A stretch of DNA of 32,000 bases from Saccharolobus solfataricus (GCF_900079115.1 NZ_LT549890.1:1620001-1652000), one strand, 5' to 3'. Positions 1 to 9,491 are shown, counted from the stretch's first letter. Numbers and translations: made by a program. The notes: generated by a model from the sequence alone, not told the origin.

Positions 1-305
1 CTAGCTGGAACACCATTTGCAGCATCAGGATATCTAGATATGATAAAATGAGGTGATATAACCATTAAATCCTCCATTATATTTTGAGGAATCTTAAGTC
101 CTTCATTCTCTATCATGCTAGCAAGCTCTGTTAGAGAGTGGGTTTTCCCCGGATCTTTTCCTAAATGGATTAACAGAGATTTCAATGCTTTCTCTACAGC
201 TTGTTGAGAGTAAAAAGTTACTGCAAAATATTTACCAGCCTCTAATAAGACTCTAGCCACATCCAAGTCCTCCTCAGCTTGAATCATCCAGTCAGTGTAT
301 CTCAT
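1..305 (-). CDS. HEPN-domain protein (classical MNT/HEPN toxin-antitoxin type); its C-terminus runs off the window edge
   Basis: Not in the ORF track because it is edge-truncated. Reverse translation from ATG 305-303 gives MRYTDWMIQAEEDLDVARVLLEAGKYFAVTFYSQQAVEKALKSLLIHLGKDPGKTHSLTELA...PHFIISRYPDAANGVPA. The QQAVEKALK...THSL...SRYPD pattern is the hallmark of HEPN domains. A TATA-like tttaaaaa (327-334) lies ~25 nt upstream of the ATG. Confidence 0.8.
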   Translation of the reverse strand, partial: MRYTDWMIQAEEDLDVARVLLEAGKYFAVTFYSQQAVEKALKSLLIHLGKDPGKTHSLTELASMIENEGLKIPQNIMEDLMVISPHFIISRYPDAANGVPA

Positions 306-425
306 AATACTATTCCCTCTACAAAGTTTAAAAATAAGACTGTCCTTTTCACCATTTTAAAGGATTACACTCTAGGTAGTTATCCACTCCCACTGGAACA
401 GTGAGCAGTCAGTGACCGACCCCTT

Positions 426-557
426 ACATATTAGTCAGATCTGTGTAATACTGATCTGACTGGGGTTGAGGCCATTCACTTTCTTGAGCTCAGAACTCGA
501 TGGTGAGCTTGGACTCCTAAGCCGCCCGAAGTGGACTTTCGCCCCTTAACCCCGTTA
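426..557 (+). repeat. Orphan copy of the ISC1190-like (IS110 family) non-coding left end, with no transposase behind it
   Basis: It aligns by eye with 10462-10600, the region upstream of the IS110 transposase, with scattered mismatches. It includes the hairpin agtcagatc-N13-gatctgact and ggtgagcttgg. Similarity decays just before the position where the ATG would be. Confidence 0.75.
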
Positions 558-563
558 AATTAA

Positions 564-574
564 ATATTTAAAAA
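564..574 (+). promoter_or_regulatory. TATA-box-like element for the 596-3459 operon (leaderless geometry)
   Basis: atatttaaaaa is centred ~27 nt upstream of the A of ATG 596, the typical Sulfolobales TATA-to-start spacing for leaderless mRNAs. Confidence 0.4.
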
Positions 575-595
575 CAATTTCTACAATATATTCTT

Positions 596-1777
596 ATGGG
601 AACTGAGTGTAATTACAATCAACCAGAAAGGACTTCAATAGAAGGTTGGAAAAAATATGTGAGTAATTGTTTAGTTCCAGTTTATGAGAAACTAAAATTG
701 TTACAAAAAGTCGGTGAGTATTTAGAGCAAAATACTTTAAACCGAAGTTTAGATAAGATTGACCCTCAATTATTACCTTACTTTTTAGGAGGAGTAAATG
801 AAAATGGAGATTATATAAAGGGCTCTCTAGCTAGACTTATTACTTACATGTATGGTGTAGGGGTAGATACGAAAAAACTAGCTAATTCTATCAATATTGG
901 AGTGAAAAACCCATATTCGGAAGCATATGTGGGAAAAGTAAATAACTTGGTAATCGGTTTTTTTACTTTTACTGATGTACTTAATGCGACGGCTAAACAA
1001 CTAGAATTATTATTCAATAAGCTAAATGTAAGTATTAATTCTCCATCCTTTGCTGAAATAGAGAGTAATGCAAGAAATGTAGATAAGTTCATACAGACAG
1101 TTAATGATTATATTTATAGAGCAAAATTAATCTTACCAATGTACAATTATTATTCTTTTCTAATCGTAACTACTAGACATCTTCCTGCATCAATATTTCT
1201 AGATTCTTATCCTGAAGAGTTTACAAAGAATCCCAACTTAGGGTATGATTTTCTTGGGATAGGCATCCTTCATATTCCTTATATTAGCGATAAAGAACAA
1301 AGTGCTAGACTGGGACTAACTGGTCATAATCGTAATACTGTTTCTGACCTCATATTTAAGATTATAAATAATAATTTATTTATGATTAATAAATTATATG
1401 ATGTTATAGAGAATAGAGAAATATATGATAGAGAACATTTTACAGAAGAATATTATCAGTTTATGACAGATGTATTAAGAAAGTCTTCCATAATAGTTGA
1501 CGCTTCTAATTTAAGGTATAATTATTATATGGAGATTCACTATTACCAAAATCTTTCAGTCAGAATATGTTATGCCTCATCTCCTTCTTATTGTGAGTAT
1601 GGGAGGACGGATCGGGCTACTTTTAAGTATTATAGTACTATATCCGATATGTATAATGATCCTGAAATTATATCGATATTATTTATGAATGGGTATATAA
1701 ATATTAATATTAAGGAAGATGCAGGCCTCAATATTTATTTTAGGGGTCAATTTGGAACAGAGGTGATATTAAATTGA
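596..1777 (+). CDS. Hypothetical protein, 393 aa, no recognisable domain
   Basis: Long ORF with host-like AT-rich codon usage and an ATG start behind a TATA-like box. Its stop overlaps the next start (TTGA), which implies an operon. Confidence 0.6.
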   Translation: MGTECNYNQPERTSIEGWKKYVSNCLVPVYEKLKLLQKVGEYLEQNTLNRSLDKIDPQLLPYFLGGVNENGDYIKGSLARLITYMYGVGVDTKKLANSINIGVKNPYSEAYVGKVNNLVIGFFTFTDVLNATAKQLELLFNKLNVSINSPSFAEIESNARNVDKFIQTVNDYIYRAKLILPMYNYYSFLIVTTRHLPASIFLDSYPEEFTKNPNLGYDFLGIGILHIPYISDKEQSARLGLTGHNRNTVSDLIFKIINNNLFMINKLYDVIENREIYDREHFTEEYYQFMTDVLRKSSIIVDASNLRYNYYMEIHYYQNLSVRICYASSPSYCEYGRTDRATFKYYSTISDMYNDPEIISILFMNGYININIKEDAGLNIYFRGQFGTEVILN

Positions 1778-3459
1778 GTGAGAGTCAACAAAGGAGAGAT
1801 CTCCAGAAAGATAGAGAATATGAATCAAGAAGACAAAATAAAGAAACTAAGCCTGAAGAAAAAACTGATAAGGATGTTAGTGTACGTGAATCTTTTAATC
1901 CTCCTACAGTATTCACCAAAACCAAACCAACAAGTACCTTTAGACTTGAATTTTTTAGTCCTCCTACAGTAACGCAAGACGCTCAAAGAAAGATTGATTA
2001 TACAGTACACTACACTCCCAAAGAATCGAATATCACCATAAATAGAGGGGTTGAAAACATTGAACGTAAGCCTCATCTTTCACTACCTAAATTAAAAATT
2101 CCCTCTAGTTTCAATGTTCCATCAAAAGAAGTACTTAAACTCAATTATACTATCAACCTTAAAAATAACGCTAGCATCAACGTTTCGTCTCAACGTAAAA
2201 TCAAATTAATTATTCCGCACCGTTTTTGGGAAGCTAAAAGAGATAATCTAACGATAGTCACTGAAATAAAATTAATGAATATAGCGAAAGAGGTGAGTGA
2301 AAGAAAAGTAATGAAACTTATTCCGACAGAATTTTGGAAAGCCTTTGAAGAAAAGCTGTTTATAAATCCTACTATTTATCTTCCCGTCTCTAATAAAATC
2401 AAGCCTATTCAAAATACTCGTGAGATTGTTCAGTTAGAACCAACTCCAGAAGAGGTTTTGCCTACTGAAGACTTTGAAGAAGATGAAGTGTTAAGAGGCT
2501 TATCTAAGTTTCAATGTCATGGTTCATTAGTAATGGTTTATGACGAAAAGAAACAGAAAATTGAGGACAGTTTAGCGACATTGGGTGTAGAAATGAGTGC
2601 AATTTGTGGTGAAGAACTAAATGAAGTTAAGATAACTAATTATAGTTACGAATTATCAAGAATTAAAATTGATGAAGGCGTATTTGTTCTGGAACAGGAT
2701 ATCTGTGAAGAGATTACTGACGAGGTCGTAAAAAAGGAAATGGATGCTGTTATATCTAGCCTAACAGGGTACAAATTAACTATTCTCGTTATTCCCAATT
2801 GCTTATATGAAATGTACAAACATAAGCTAGTAATGGTGGTAAAGGAGAATTTCACCAGAGATAAAATACTAACGTTAGCCTATTTAGCATCTGGTCTTGA
2901 TAAAGACGTTGTGAGTGTATTGAATCCCTTTGAATCTCTCACCGCTGTATTTCATAAATATCAAGAGGATGTACTTTCACGAGGATTAAATTTAGTTTTA
3001 AAAAGTGATCTCTCACCACTATTAAAACCGGGTGAGAATGAATCTTCAGTCCATAAGAGTCTAAAGGCAATAATACTTCTACATTTAGTAAAAAATATGA
3101 ATATCGATAAAAAATTTATTAAAGTGGAGGAAGAGATCAATGGCTACATTCCAGACGTTTATGTGGAGAATGAAAAGATGGTTTACGATGCTAAAACGAG
3201 TTTTGAAGTCCATCCTGATGATGAAATTAGAAACGTAGTGACAAAGTACTCTAGTTTCGCAAGTAAGATTATTGTAGTAATGAGACCATTACCAGTCTTA
3301 ATTAACTTACCCATTATTGTTAATTTGTTAAAGGAATATAGGAAACAAAACATTAAAGTTGACGTACAAATTCCAGTTAAGGAAGGAGATAAGATAGTTC
3401 TAATGCCATTAAGCGAATTCATCAAAAAAGGTAAGGAGTTTCAAAAGAGAGGGAAATAA
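1774..3459 (+). CDS. Hypothetical protein, 561 aa: K/E-rich repeat-bearing N-terminus and a C-terminal PD-(D/E)xK-like nuclease motif
   Basis: TTG start overlaps the upstream stop. The motif F(N/S)PPTV occurs twice (DNA 1893-1912 and 1951-1970). The paired motifs IIPHRFWEAKRDNL and LIPTEFWKAFEEKL are present. The C-terminus reads ...GYIPDVYVENEKMVYDAKTS, giving PD at aa 460-461 and DAK at aa 472-474. The nuclease assignment rests on this motif only. Confidence 0.6.
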   Translation: MSESQQRRDLQKDREYESRRQNKETKPEEKTDKDVSVRESFNPPTVFTKTKPTSTFRLEFFSPPTVTQDAQRKIDYTVHYTPKESNITINRGVENIERKPHLSLPKLKIPSSFNVPSKEVLKLNYTINLKNNASINVSSQRKIKLIIPHRFWEAKRDNLTIVTEIKLMNIAKEVSERKVMKLIPTEFWKAFEEKLFINPTIYLPVSNKIKPIQNTREIVQLEPTPEEVLPTEDFEEDEVLRGLSKFQCHGSLVMVYDEKKQKIEDSLATLGVEMSAICGEELNEVKITNYSYELSRIKIDEGVFVLEQDICEEITDEVVKKEMDAVISSLTGYKLTILVIPNCLYEMYKHKLVMVVKENFTRDKILTLAYLASGLDKDVVSVLNPFESLTAVFHKYQEDVLSRGLNLVLKSDLSPLLKPGENESSVHKSLKAIILLHLVKNMNIDKKFIKVEEEINGYIPDVYVENEKMVYDAKTSFEVHPDDEIRNVVTKYSSFASKIIVVMRPLPVLINLPIIVNLLKEYRKQNIKVDVQIPVKEGDKIVLMPLSEFIKKGKEFQKRGK

Positions 3460-3663
3460 ATCTTGTAAATAGGTTAGGGAGTATATCTTTTTTATCTACA
3501 AATGCTTTATACGGGCGATTCAAGTTTCCTTTGCAAATTGTAATATTCTCTGTGAATTAGGATAATTCTATGAAGAAGTTATTGTGTATATTTCTAATAA
3601 AGTGAGAAAAATAAGATACACTGTAATATTATTACAATAACGAGAAAATAAGTTAATAGATTA

Positions 3664-5104
3664 TCAGTTGTGTTTCACCAAATTATCTCACTTGAAAGAT
3701 ATTGTGTTAGTTCTTTCAAAAGGGAATTGATATAGAGAAAGATAGTGATATTATAGTGAAATATAGCATATTGACATTATTTGGAATAAACATAGCGTGT
3801 AGATTCAGATTAAAGAGAGATAATCTGAATTTTTATCACGTGGTTAGAACGGCGTGCAGAGCGTCCTCTGCACGCCGAGGAAGTTAGAGAAGCCTGACGA
3901 AGGAGTCGAAGGAGAGAGGCTTCCTTTTCGTGGACTTGAAGTTGAAGAGGAGGTAATTCACGAGGTTCCACACCGAATCTAGGACAGTGTAATAGAGGTA
4001 GAGGAAGATCTTGTTGGTTAACTTCCTCACGTACCTTATCCTGGCCTTCCTGACCTTGAAGCCCTCTTCGCTCTGCCATCTCAACCTGTAGAGCTCAGCT
4101 AGCTTGTAGGGATCTCCATTGAAGTTGGTAACGAAGATGAAGTGCCTGGGTTTCTCCTTGACGTATATCACTTCATAGTAGTAAAGGTCATTGTACTTCA
4201 GGACCCTATACGCAACGTAAACCCTGTCATTTACCTCGCATTTCTTCTCGGTTAGAGAGACGTTGGAGAGTTCCTTGAAGCCCTTCAGGTTGGTCTTACC
4301 TCCTACCACGGTCTTCACAGGCATCTCCTTGATTACCTTCAAGTTCAGGAAACCCGCGTCAGCAACAACGTAGTCTATCTTGAGGTGCTGAGCAACTTCG
4401 CTCACGGCCCTCATCAGGAACTGGGAGGGAGTATCGCTTCTCAAGTCAGCTATCTCCTCGAGGAGGGACAACCTCAAGGGGAACACCAAGTCCACGGACC
4501 TCAACTTAACTCCCTTCCTCTTCCCGTTGTAGAGTTGAAATCCTTCCACCTTCCTCGACTCCTTCTCCCCCACGGTTATCGCGGTCTCGTCCACTGCAAC
4601 GATTGTAGTCTCTCCCTCAACTTTCACGTGAGGGTAGAACTTGAAGCTCCTCTCCCCTTGACTCATCACCTTCTCCCCTTCCCTAACGACCTTCAAGTAC
4701 TCCTTTCCCCTGTTCTCTGTCAACAGGAACGGAGCTGCGTCCGCGATCCTCGTGTCCAACTCTTGGGAGATAACGTTAAGATTATTGACGATGAAATAAC
4801 TAGCGAGGGACTTCAACTCCGTTTTGAATCCCGTTTCATAAACTTGCATAACGGAGTCATGGAGTCCCTCGCTTTAACCCTTTCCTGTTCACCTCCTCCC
4901 TAGACCTCCCCTCCCCGCTTGATAATGCTAAACAGATGATATTACCCTCTATATACAAACTCCTTTTTAACCATGCTTCTCGTTTAATCTAAAAATTTTT
5001 TGATAATCATGTTGAAATAAGCCGATTTTCACAACCATAACTCGATATTTTCCCCTACCATAGAAATTACATCATTTCTAGTAAAATTGGTGAAACACAA
5101 CTGA
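3664..5104 (-). mobile_element. ISC1439-like IS4-family element (1441 bp) nested inside the IS256-like element
   Basis: Perfect ~19-bp terminal inverted repeats (tcagttgtgtttcaccaa at 3664 and its reverse complement ending at 5104). A 7-bp direct target duplication tagatta sits at 3657-3663 and 5105-5111. Confidence 0.85.
3884..4849 (-). CDS. IS4-family DDE transposase (ISC1439-like), 321 aa
   Basis: Full-length ORF inside the IR-bounded element. A related C-terminal fragment (LYFDSFVKLL versus LSFDSFVRLL) occurs in the remnant at 13890-14151. Confidence 0.8.
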   Translation of the reverse strand: MQVYETGFKTELKSLASYFIVNNLNVISQELDTRIADAAPFLLTENRGKEYLKVVREGEKVMSQGERSFKFYPHVKVEGETTIVAVDETAITVGEKESRKVEGFQLYNGKRKGVKLRSVDLVFPLRLSLLEEIADLRSDTPSQFLMRAVSEVAQHLKIDYVVADAGFLNLKVIKEMPVKTVVGGKTNLKGFKELSNVSLTEKKCEVNDRVYVAYRVLKYNDLYYYEVIYVKEKPRHFIFVTNFNGDPYKLAELYRLRWQSEEGFKVRKARIRYVRKLTNKIFLYLYYTVLDSVWNLVNYLLFNFKSTKRKPLSFDSFVRLL

Positions 5105-6106
5105 TAGATTATAGTTGTTGGCTATGGTTCGAGCGATCTGTAGTATCCTCCAAGGGGAGTGAAACGACCCGAACCTCCTCCTTTCCAAGAGAGAATTGAA
5201 GGACTCGATCAAGTTATTGGATTTGAGCCACCTCCAGAGCTCCTTGGGAGTGGAGAGGTAACTCAAGAGCCTCGGACAAGTCTCGGGCTTAATCTCTCCA
5301 CTCTCTGCAGAGAAGATGACGTTTAACGCCTCCCTCTCCTCCTTAGTCGCGTTGCGCTTGAGGTGAACCAAGCATCCTTGCCTTCTTACCTGAAGTTCAG
5401 CCAGAGAGATCTTATCCAACGCCTTAGTTCCATCAACTACCACCAAGACGAAGCTATACTTCTTCCAGACCTCAACCAAGAGCCTCCAATAACTCATGAC
5501 GTCCTTCTCTACACTTAAGGTTATGTCCAGAACGGCCCTCTTGCCTTCCTCTGTCACACCAATCGCAGAGAAGGACCCCCTTCCTCCCTTGAGCTTCACG
5601 TACTTCCCATCAACTATTACATACTTGAAATCACCACTCGCTTGGATCTCGAGCATCCACAGCTTGGCGTTCAACTTACCTCCTAGCACAGAATAGACGG
5701 TCATCAGAGCCTTGAACACCTTCTCCTCCCTTAATAACCTTTCCTCCACTTGAGTCTTCACCCTTCCCTTATCACTGTACAGTACGGGTAGTTCCACTGA
5801 GATTCGCTCTAGCTTGTAAATGTCTTCTCTCCCTTTTAACATGATCTTGAATCCCTTGAGGAATCTGTACTTTGCGTAACCTTTCCTTCTTATCTTCTTA
5901 CCCCTCACGTGTTTTGGGCTAGTCTTATCAGCCTCTTCTAAGGCTATTTTCTCAATCTCCTTGACCGATTTGTTTAATAGGGCGTCTTCAGATAGTATAT
6001 TGGGGACGAGCGTGAGGTTTCCGTTGAGATGTGTAAGCTCTTCTATGACCTCACTTGGCTGAGTGAGGTTGTAGAGGGTTTTCTCGTCAATTGTTATAGT
6101 TTCCAT
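5078..6106 (-). CDS. IS256/Mutator-family transposase whose native C-terminus was displaced by the ISC1439-like insertion
   Basis: Motifs VVVDGTKALDK...RRQGCLVHLKRN...NLIESFNSLLERRR fit IS256-type transposases. The last ~9 codons read into the ISC1439 terminal repeat. Without the insertion the frame continues about 20 codons further. Confidence 0.75.
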   Translation of the reverse strand: METITIDEKTLYNLTQPSEVIEELTHLNGNLTLVPNILSEDALLNKSVKEIEKIALEEADKTSPKHVRGKKIRRKGYAKYRFLKGFKIMLKGREDIYKLERISVELPVLYSDKGRVKTQVEERLLREEKVFKALMTVYSVLGGKLNAKLWMLEIQASGDFKYVIVDGKYVKLKGGRGSFSAIGVTEEGKRAVLDITLSVEKDVMSYWRLLVEVWKKYSFVLVVVDGTKALDKISLAELQVRRQGCLVHLKRNATKEEREALNVIFSAESGEIKPETCPRLLSYLSTPKELWRWLKSNNLIESFNSLLERRRFGSFHSPWRILQIARTIANNYNLSVVFHQFY

Positions 6107-6847
6107 GATATTACCTCACGCTTGTCTCTTATTAGTATTATCGAAAATGTAGAATCAATTATTCTTATCTGTTTTTAGAGAAACAAATTGAAATCGCAAT
6201 GGATCCGTAAATCACCCTCGGCTTTAAGGTCTTCACTCTCATTCTACAATGTTACTTCATGATATTGAAGTGGAATTGGCTAACTGACAACAAGGTTGGC
6301 TTCTCAGTTGGCGGTTACAAGGTAGTTGATAGGGGCTTCCTTGGTAAATCCTCTACTTGGTTGATTGGTTTCTCGGATTTTAGGAGGCATGTGGAGTTCT
6401 TCGGAATTTTCTTGAGGAGGTATTGGAGGGCCTTATGCGACGAGTAAGGAGATGGCAGAGCTTTTCGTTTACGTTATTGCCTTGATATACAACTCCTTGA
6501 TCTACACGTCTGTTTTATCGAGAGTTCCCGAGAGTCAGCTTTCCAGTTGACTCTCGTAAGGAGTTAGCAAGGGTAGCGTAGGATATGTCAAAAATTCTGT
6601 TTTTATCTATACTTGAATGTTTTCCGTCATAATATAAAATTAATCTTCCGTTGTATTGAAAGATATAATTATATTTCTCTCCTATTATCGTTATTCAATT
6701 ATTTGCGTCTGGAGCACTCTTACGAGAGGTTGAAGATGTTCGTTAAAAATAATTTAGATGAGGCGATGGGTCTGATGAAAATCTTAAAATTCTCTTAAAG
6801 CCTCATAACTGTTGCCCTTATTCCACGACCATCTAAGAAAAATTTTA

Positions 6848-6885
6848 AGTAACAGGGGTGTAACTTAGTAACAGGGGTGTAACTT
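6848..6885. repeat. Perfect tandem duplication of a 19-mer (agtaacaggggtgtaactt x2) abutting the ATPase start codon
   Basis: Read directly: 6848-6866 equals 6867-6885. The TTG start of the 6885 ORF begins at the last base of the second copy. Confidence 0.9.
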
Positions 6886-7184
6886 TGCTATTTAGCGTAG
6901 AGCCTAAAGAATCTTTAAAAGATTTATTCAATAGGGAAGAAGAAGTAAAGAAATTTCTTCAGTGTGTAAATAATGAAAGAATGATAATAGTGACGGGGCT
7001 AAGAAGAGTAGGAAAATCAAGCTTAGTATTAGCTGGATTAAATTCCTTAAACAGAGGTTATATATTAGTAGACCTAAGAAAAATATTTGATAACGTATCG
7101 AAGAGAATAACTCCAGATAAACTTTATGAGGAAATACACTTTAACCTAACAAAAATTAACAAAATTTATCTTGATGGGGGTTAA
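6885..7184 (+). pseudogene. N-terminal fragment of an archaeal ATPase (Arch_ATPase/DUF234-type), truncated by an IS605-family insertion
   Basis: EPKESLKDLFNREEEVKKF...IIVTGLRRVGKSSL has the typical N-terminus and Walker A of this family. The ORF dies where the IS left-end hairpin begins. Confidence 0.7.
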
Positions 7185-7699
7185 GGGGGCGGAAGACCCT
7201 TCCTCAAGGGGATGGATAGCCCCCTTATATTTTAAATATAAGAACGACAGATATACAATTAATGCCTAACGTAGGATTCCCCTTCCATGCTTACACAGAC
7301 GAACAGACGTTGAGGGCGTTAAAAGCCCAGTTGAGGCTAGCATGTGAGGTATATAGCACCCTACGTTAGGCAGATGCGTATTTCTACCAAAGGGATGGGA
7401 AAGGACTTACACAGACGGAGTTAAGACAGATGGCCCTTAACTTAAGAAAGCAGGACGAGGAGTACAAACAACTTCACTCACAAGTTGTTCAGCAGATAGC
7501 AGATCGTTTCTACGAGGCTAAGAAGAGGTTTATGGACGGGCTAGCACGCTTTCCAAGAGAAAAGAAACCGCACAAGTACTACTCGCTAGTTTACTCAATC
7601 GGGATGGAAAGTGTTGAGCTTAAGGGAAATAAGAAGAAAGAGTAATCACAAGAAGAAGTTAATGAAGCTCTACCTATCTCATCTAGGAGTCTTCAACGT

Positions 7700-7778
7700 T
7701 AGTGCTTTCAGAAAGTCTATAGCTTTAGACAAAGGATATACCACTAGATCATAGTCTAAGAACTTTTCCAAAATACTA
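7700..7778 (-). mobile_element. 79-bp MITE related to the ISC1048 ends (SM1-like), inside tnpB
   Basis: Begins and ends with TA. Imperfect terminal repeats TAGTGCTTTCAGAAAGT / TAGTATTTTGGAAAAGT. A near-identical copy in the opposite orientation lies at 21572-21650. Both ends resemble the ISC1048-like termini at 25575 and 26624. Confidence 0.85.
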
Positions 7779-8095
7779 GTGATAGTACACAGGGACTTCC
7801 CTCTAGATAAGGTGAAGAGAATCATAGTGAAGTTAGAGCCGTCTGGGAGAATATACATCATTTTCGTGATTGATTACGAGTTCAAGGCCCTCCCATTTAC
7901 TGGAAAAGTTGTCGCGATCGACGTGGGAATTGAGAAACTCGTAACTACCTCCGATGGTCAGTATTTCCCTAACCTGAAGCCTTTTGAGAGGGCCTTAACC
8001 AAGGTAAGGGAACTTCATAGGTCTCTTTCGAGGAAGAGATTTCTCTCTCATAACTGGTTCAAAGCTAAGGTTAAGTTGGCTAGGGCTTATGAGCA

Positions 8096-8280
8096 CTACT
8101 ACTTCCAGTAAGTCCATAGTCTAGTATTATTTTATAAAATATTATTGAAAATAATTCCATTGTATTGGCCTTAATGAATACATAAAACTTATCAACTTGA
8201 TTAATTGATTCCTTGTTATCACTATTTATAAGAAACTTATTAATGAGTTATAAAGTATAACAAATTTCTGGAAACAGTAG
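8096..8280. mobile_element. 185-bp AT-rich MITE inside tnpB (size class of Sulfolobus SM2; name uncertain)
   Basis: It splits the conserved tnpB stretch ...LARAYEH | VKNLRRD.... Terminal inverted repeats are ctactacttccag / ctggaaacagtag. It has no coding capacity. Confidence 0.65.
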
Positions 8281-8597
8281 TGAAGAACTTGAGGAGAGAT
8301 ATTTACATGAAGCTCGGTAAGTATTTTGCAGAACACTACGATACCGTGGTAATGGAGGATATTAACGTTAAGAAGCTGGTTGGTAAGTCTCTCAAGGTAA
8401 TGAGGAGGAGGCTTCACGATATTGGTTTTTACGAGTTTAGGACGATACTGGAGTATCAACTAATAAAATACGGTAAGAAGTTCACCCTCGTCGATCCAGC
8501 ATACACGTCGATGACTTGTGCTAGATGCGGATACGTTAGGGAAGATTTAACGGGAGTGTTCTCATGCAGTCATCTTATTCGATATCATATAGTAAAA

Positions 8598-9101
8598 TTA
8601 TATCAAGTTCTCTCTAATATACTGTACTCCCTTCAAGTAAGTCTCATTTAAGGGAGTTCCCTCCCTTGAAAATACGTGAGGGTACATTACATTCAACAAG
8701 GCCAAACTGTACTCCGTCATCCTCATACTCCTAGTAACAGCTTTAGTATCCCTAGCCAGCCTCGCTAACCTACACCAAGAATTATGACTCTCCACAAGAT
8801 AAGTATACTTCTTACCCGCTACACGATTATCGAGAACTTGATAAACACAATAGTAGTCAGTATAGTTTACCTCACTCCTAGGTAACCAACCCAAACGAAA
8901 AGTCCCATAACTCCTATCCCCAAACTCATAGAAAGGCACCCCATCAGCAGTCCAAATCCACAAATCCTCCCTCATCACTCCATGCCTAACACGGAAATAA
9001 GTCCAGAACTCGTCAAACACCGTAGACTTAGCTGTGAAATTCTTGAGCTCACCCTTCAAGATCGTTAGATACGTGAAGGCCCTTATCTCAATCCTCCTCA
9101 C
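8598..9101 (-). CDS. IS1 InsB-like DDE transposase segment, 167 aa (GTG start overlapping the upstream stop)
   Basis: ...[12 protein letters not shown]...[29 protein letters not shown] resembles the C-terminal D...E catalytic region of IS1 transposases. The junction with the upstream ORF is TAGTG. Confidence 0.65.
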   Translation of the reverse strand: MRRIEIRAFTYLTILKGELKNFTAKSTVFDEFWTYFRVRHGVMREDLWIWTADGVPFYEFGDRSYGTFRLGWLPRSEVNYTDYYCVYQVLDNRVAGKKYTYLVESHNSWCRLARLARDTKAVTRSMRMTEYSLALLNVMYPHVFSREGTPLNETYLKGVQYIRENLI

Positions 9102-9355
9102 TAGGCTGTATTCAATGGTTTACCTTCAACTCTTGATATTGCCCTCATGCTCATCCTGTTCAAGTACTCCTTTAAGATTCTCTTCCTCTGTTCCCTATCC
9201 ATTCTGTGCTTTAACGCGTCGTAAAACGTCCTTCCACACGCTTTACACTTGTATTTTGCTTTCCCTCTAGATGAACCGTTCTTTACTACTCTGTTAGAGT
9301 TACATGATGGGCATGTTGGTCTGCTCTCTCTTCTCCTTATCCCTACTTTCCTCAA
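9101..9355 (-). CDS. IS1 InsA-like zinc-finger/HTH protein, 84 aa
   Basis: CPSCNSNRVVKNG...YKCKACGRTF is the CxxC...CxxC finger typical of IS1 InsA. It sits upstream of, and is coupled to, the InsB-like ORF. Confidence 0.7.
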   Translation of the reverse strand: MRKVGIRRRESRPTCPSCNSNRVVKNGSSRGKAKYKCKACGRTFYDALKHRMDREQRKRILKEYLNRMSMRAISRVEGKPLNTA

Positions 9356-9491
9356 GATAAGGTTGATGGTGGGATTCCCGTTTTCGTGATTTGAACTCCC
9401 AAGGAGTAGGCTGCTAATGCTAATGCAATATCCTTTAGCTCGTACTTTCTCGGCTTAAGATTTAAATTTCTTAGAATCATAAGTATTAATT

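Larger units (their letters stand above)
3524..6206 (-). mobile_element. IS256-family insertion sequence (~1.23 kb once the nested IS is removed); boundaries approximate
   Basis: Imperfect terminal repeats: gtttcctttgcaaatt at 3524 versus the reverse complement of aaatcgcaatggatcc ending at 6206. It carries a Mutator/IS256-type transposase and is GC-richer than its flanks. I saw no clear target duplication. Confidence 0.55.

Noticed and set aside
3489-3530. Possible ISC1190 right-end-like sequence after the 596-3459 operon (ctttatacggg versus tttataccgg), which would make the operon IS110 cargo
   Set aside because: The similarity is ~10 nt only and does not extend, which is insufficient to claim a right end.
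4385-4903. 172-aa plus-strand ORF (also 3810-4079 minus) overlapping the ISC1439-like transposase
   Set aside because: It is an antisense or alternate-frame shadow of a GC-richer transposase gene. Its sequence is low-complexity and L/P/H-rich, and it has no independent start context.
6259-6560. 62-aa ORF in a GC-richer patch, plus a 9-bp-stem hairpin (cgagagtca-N10-tgactctcg, 6529-6556)
   Set aside because: The composition suggests another IS remnant. A minus-strand frame reads ...ALQYLLKKIPKNSTCLLKSEKPINQVEDL, but it has no start, no motif and no second copy in the window.
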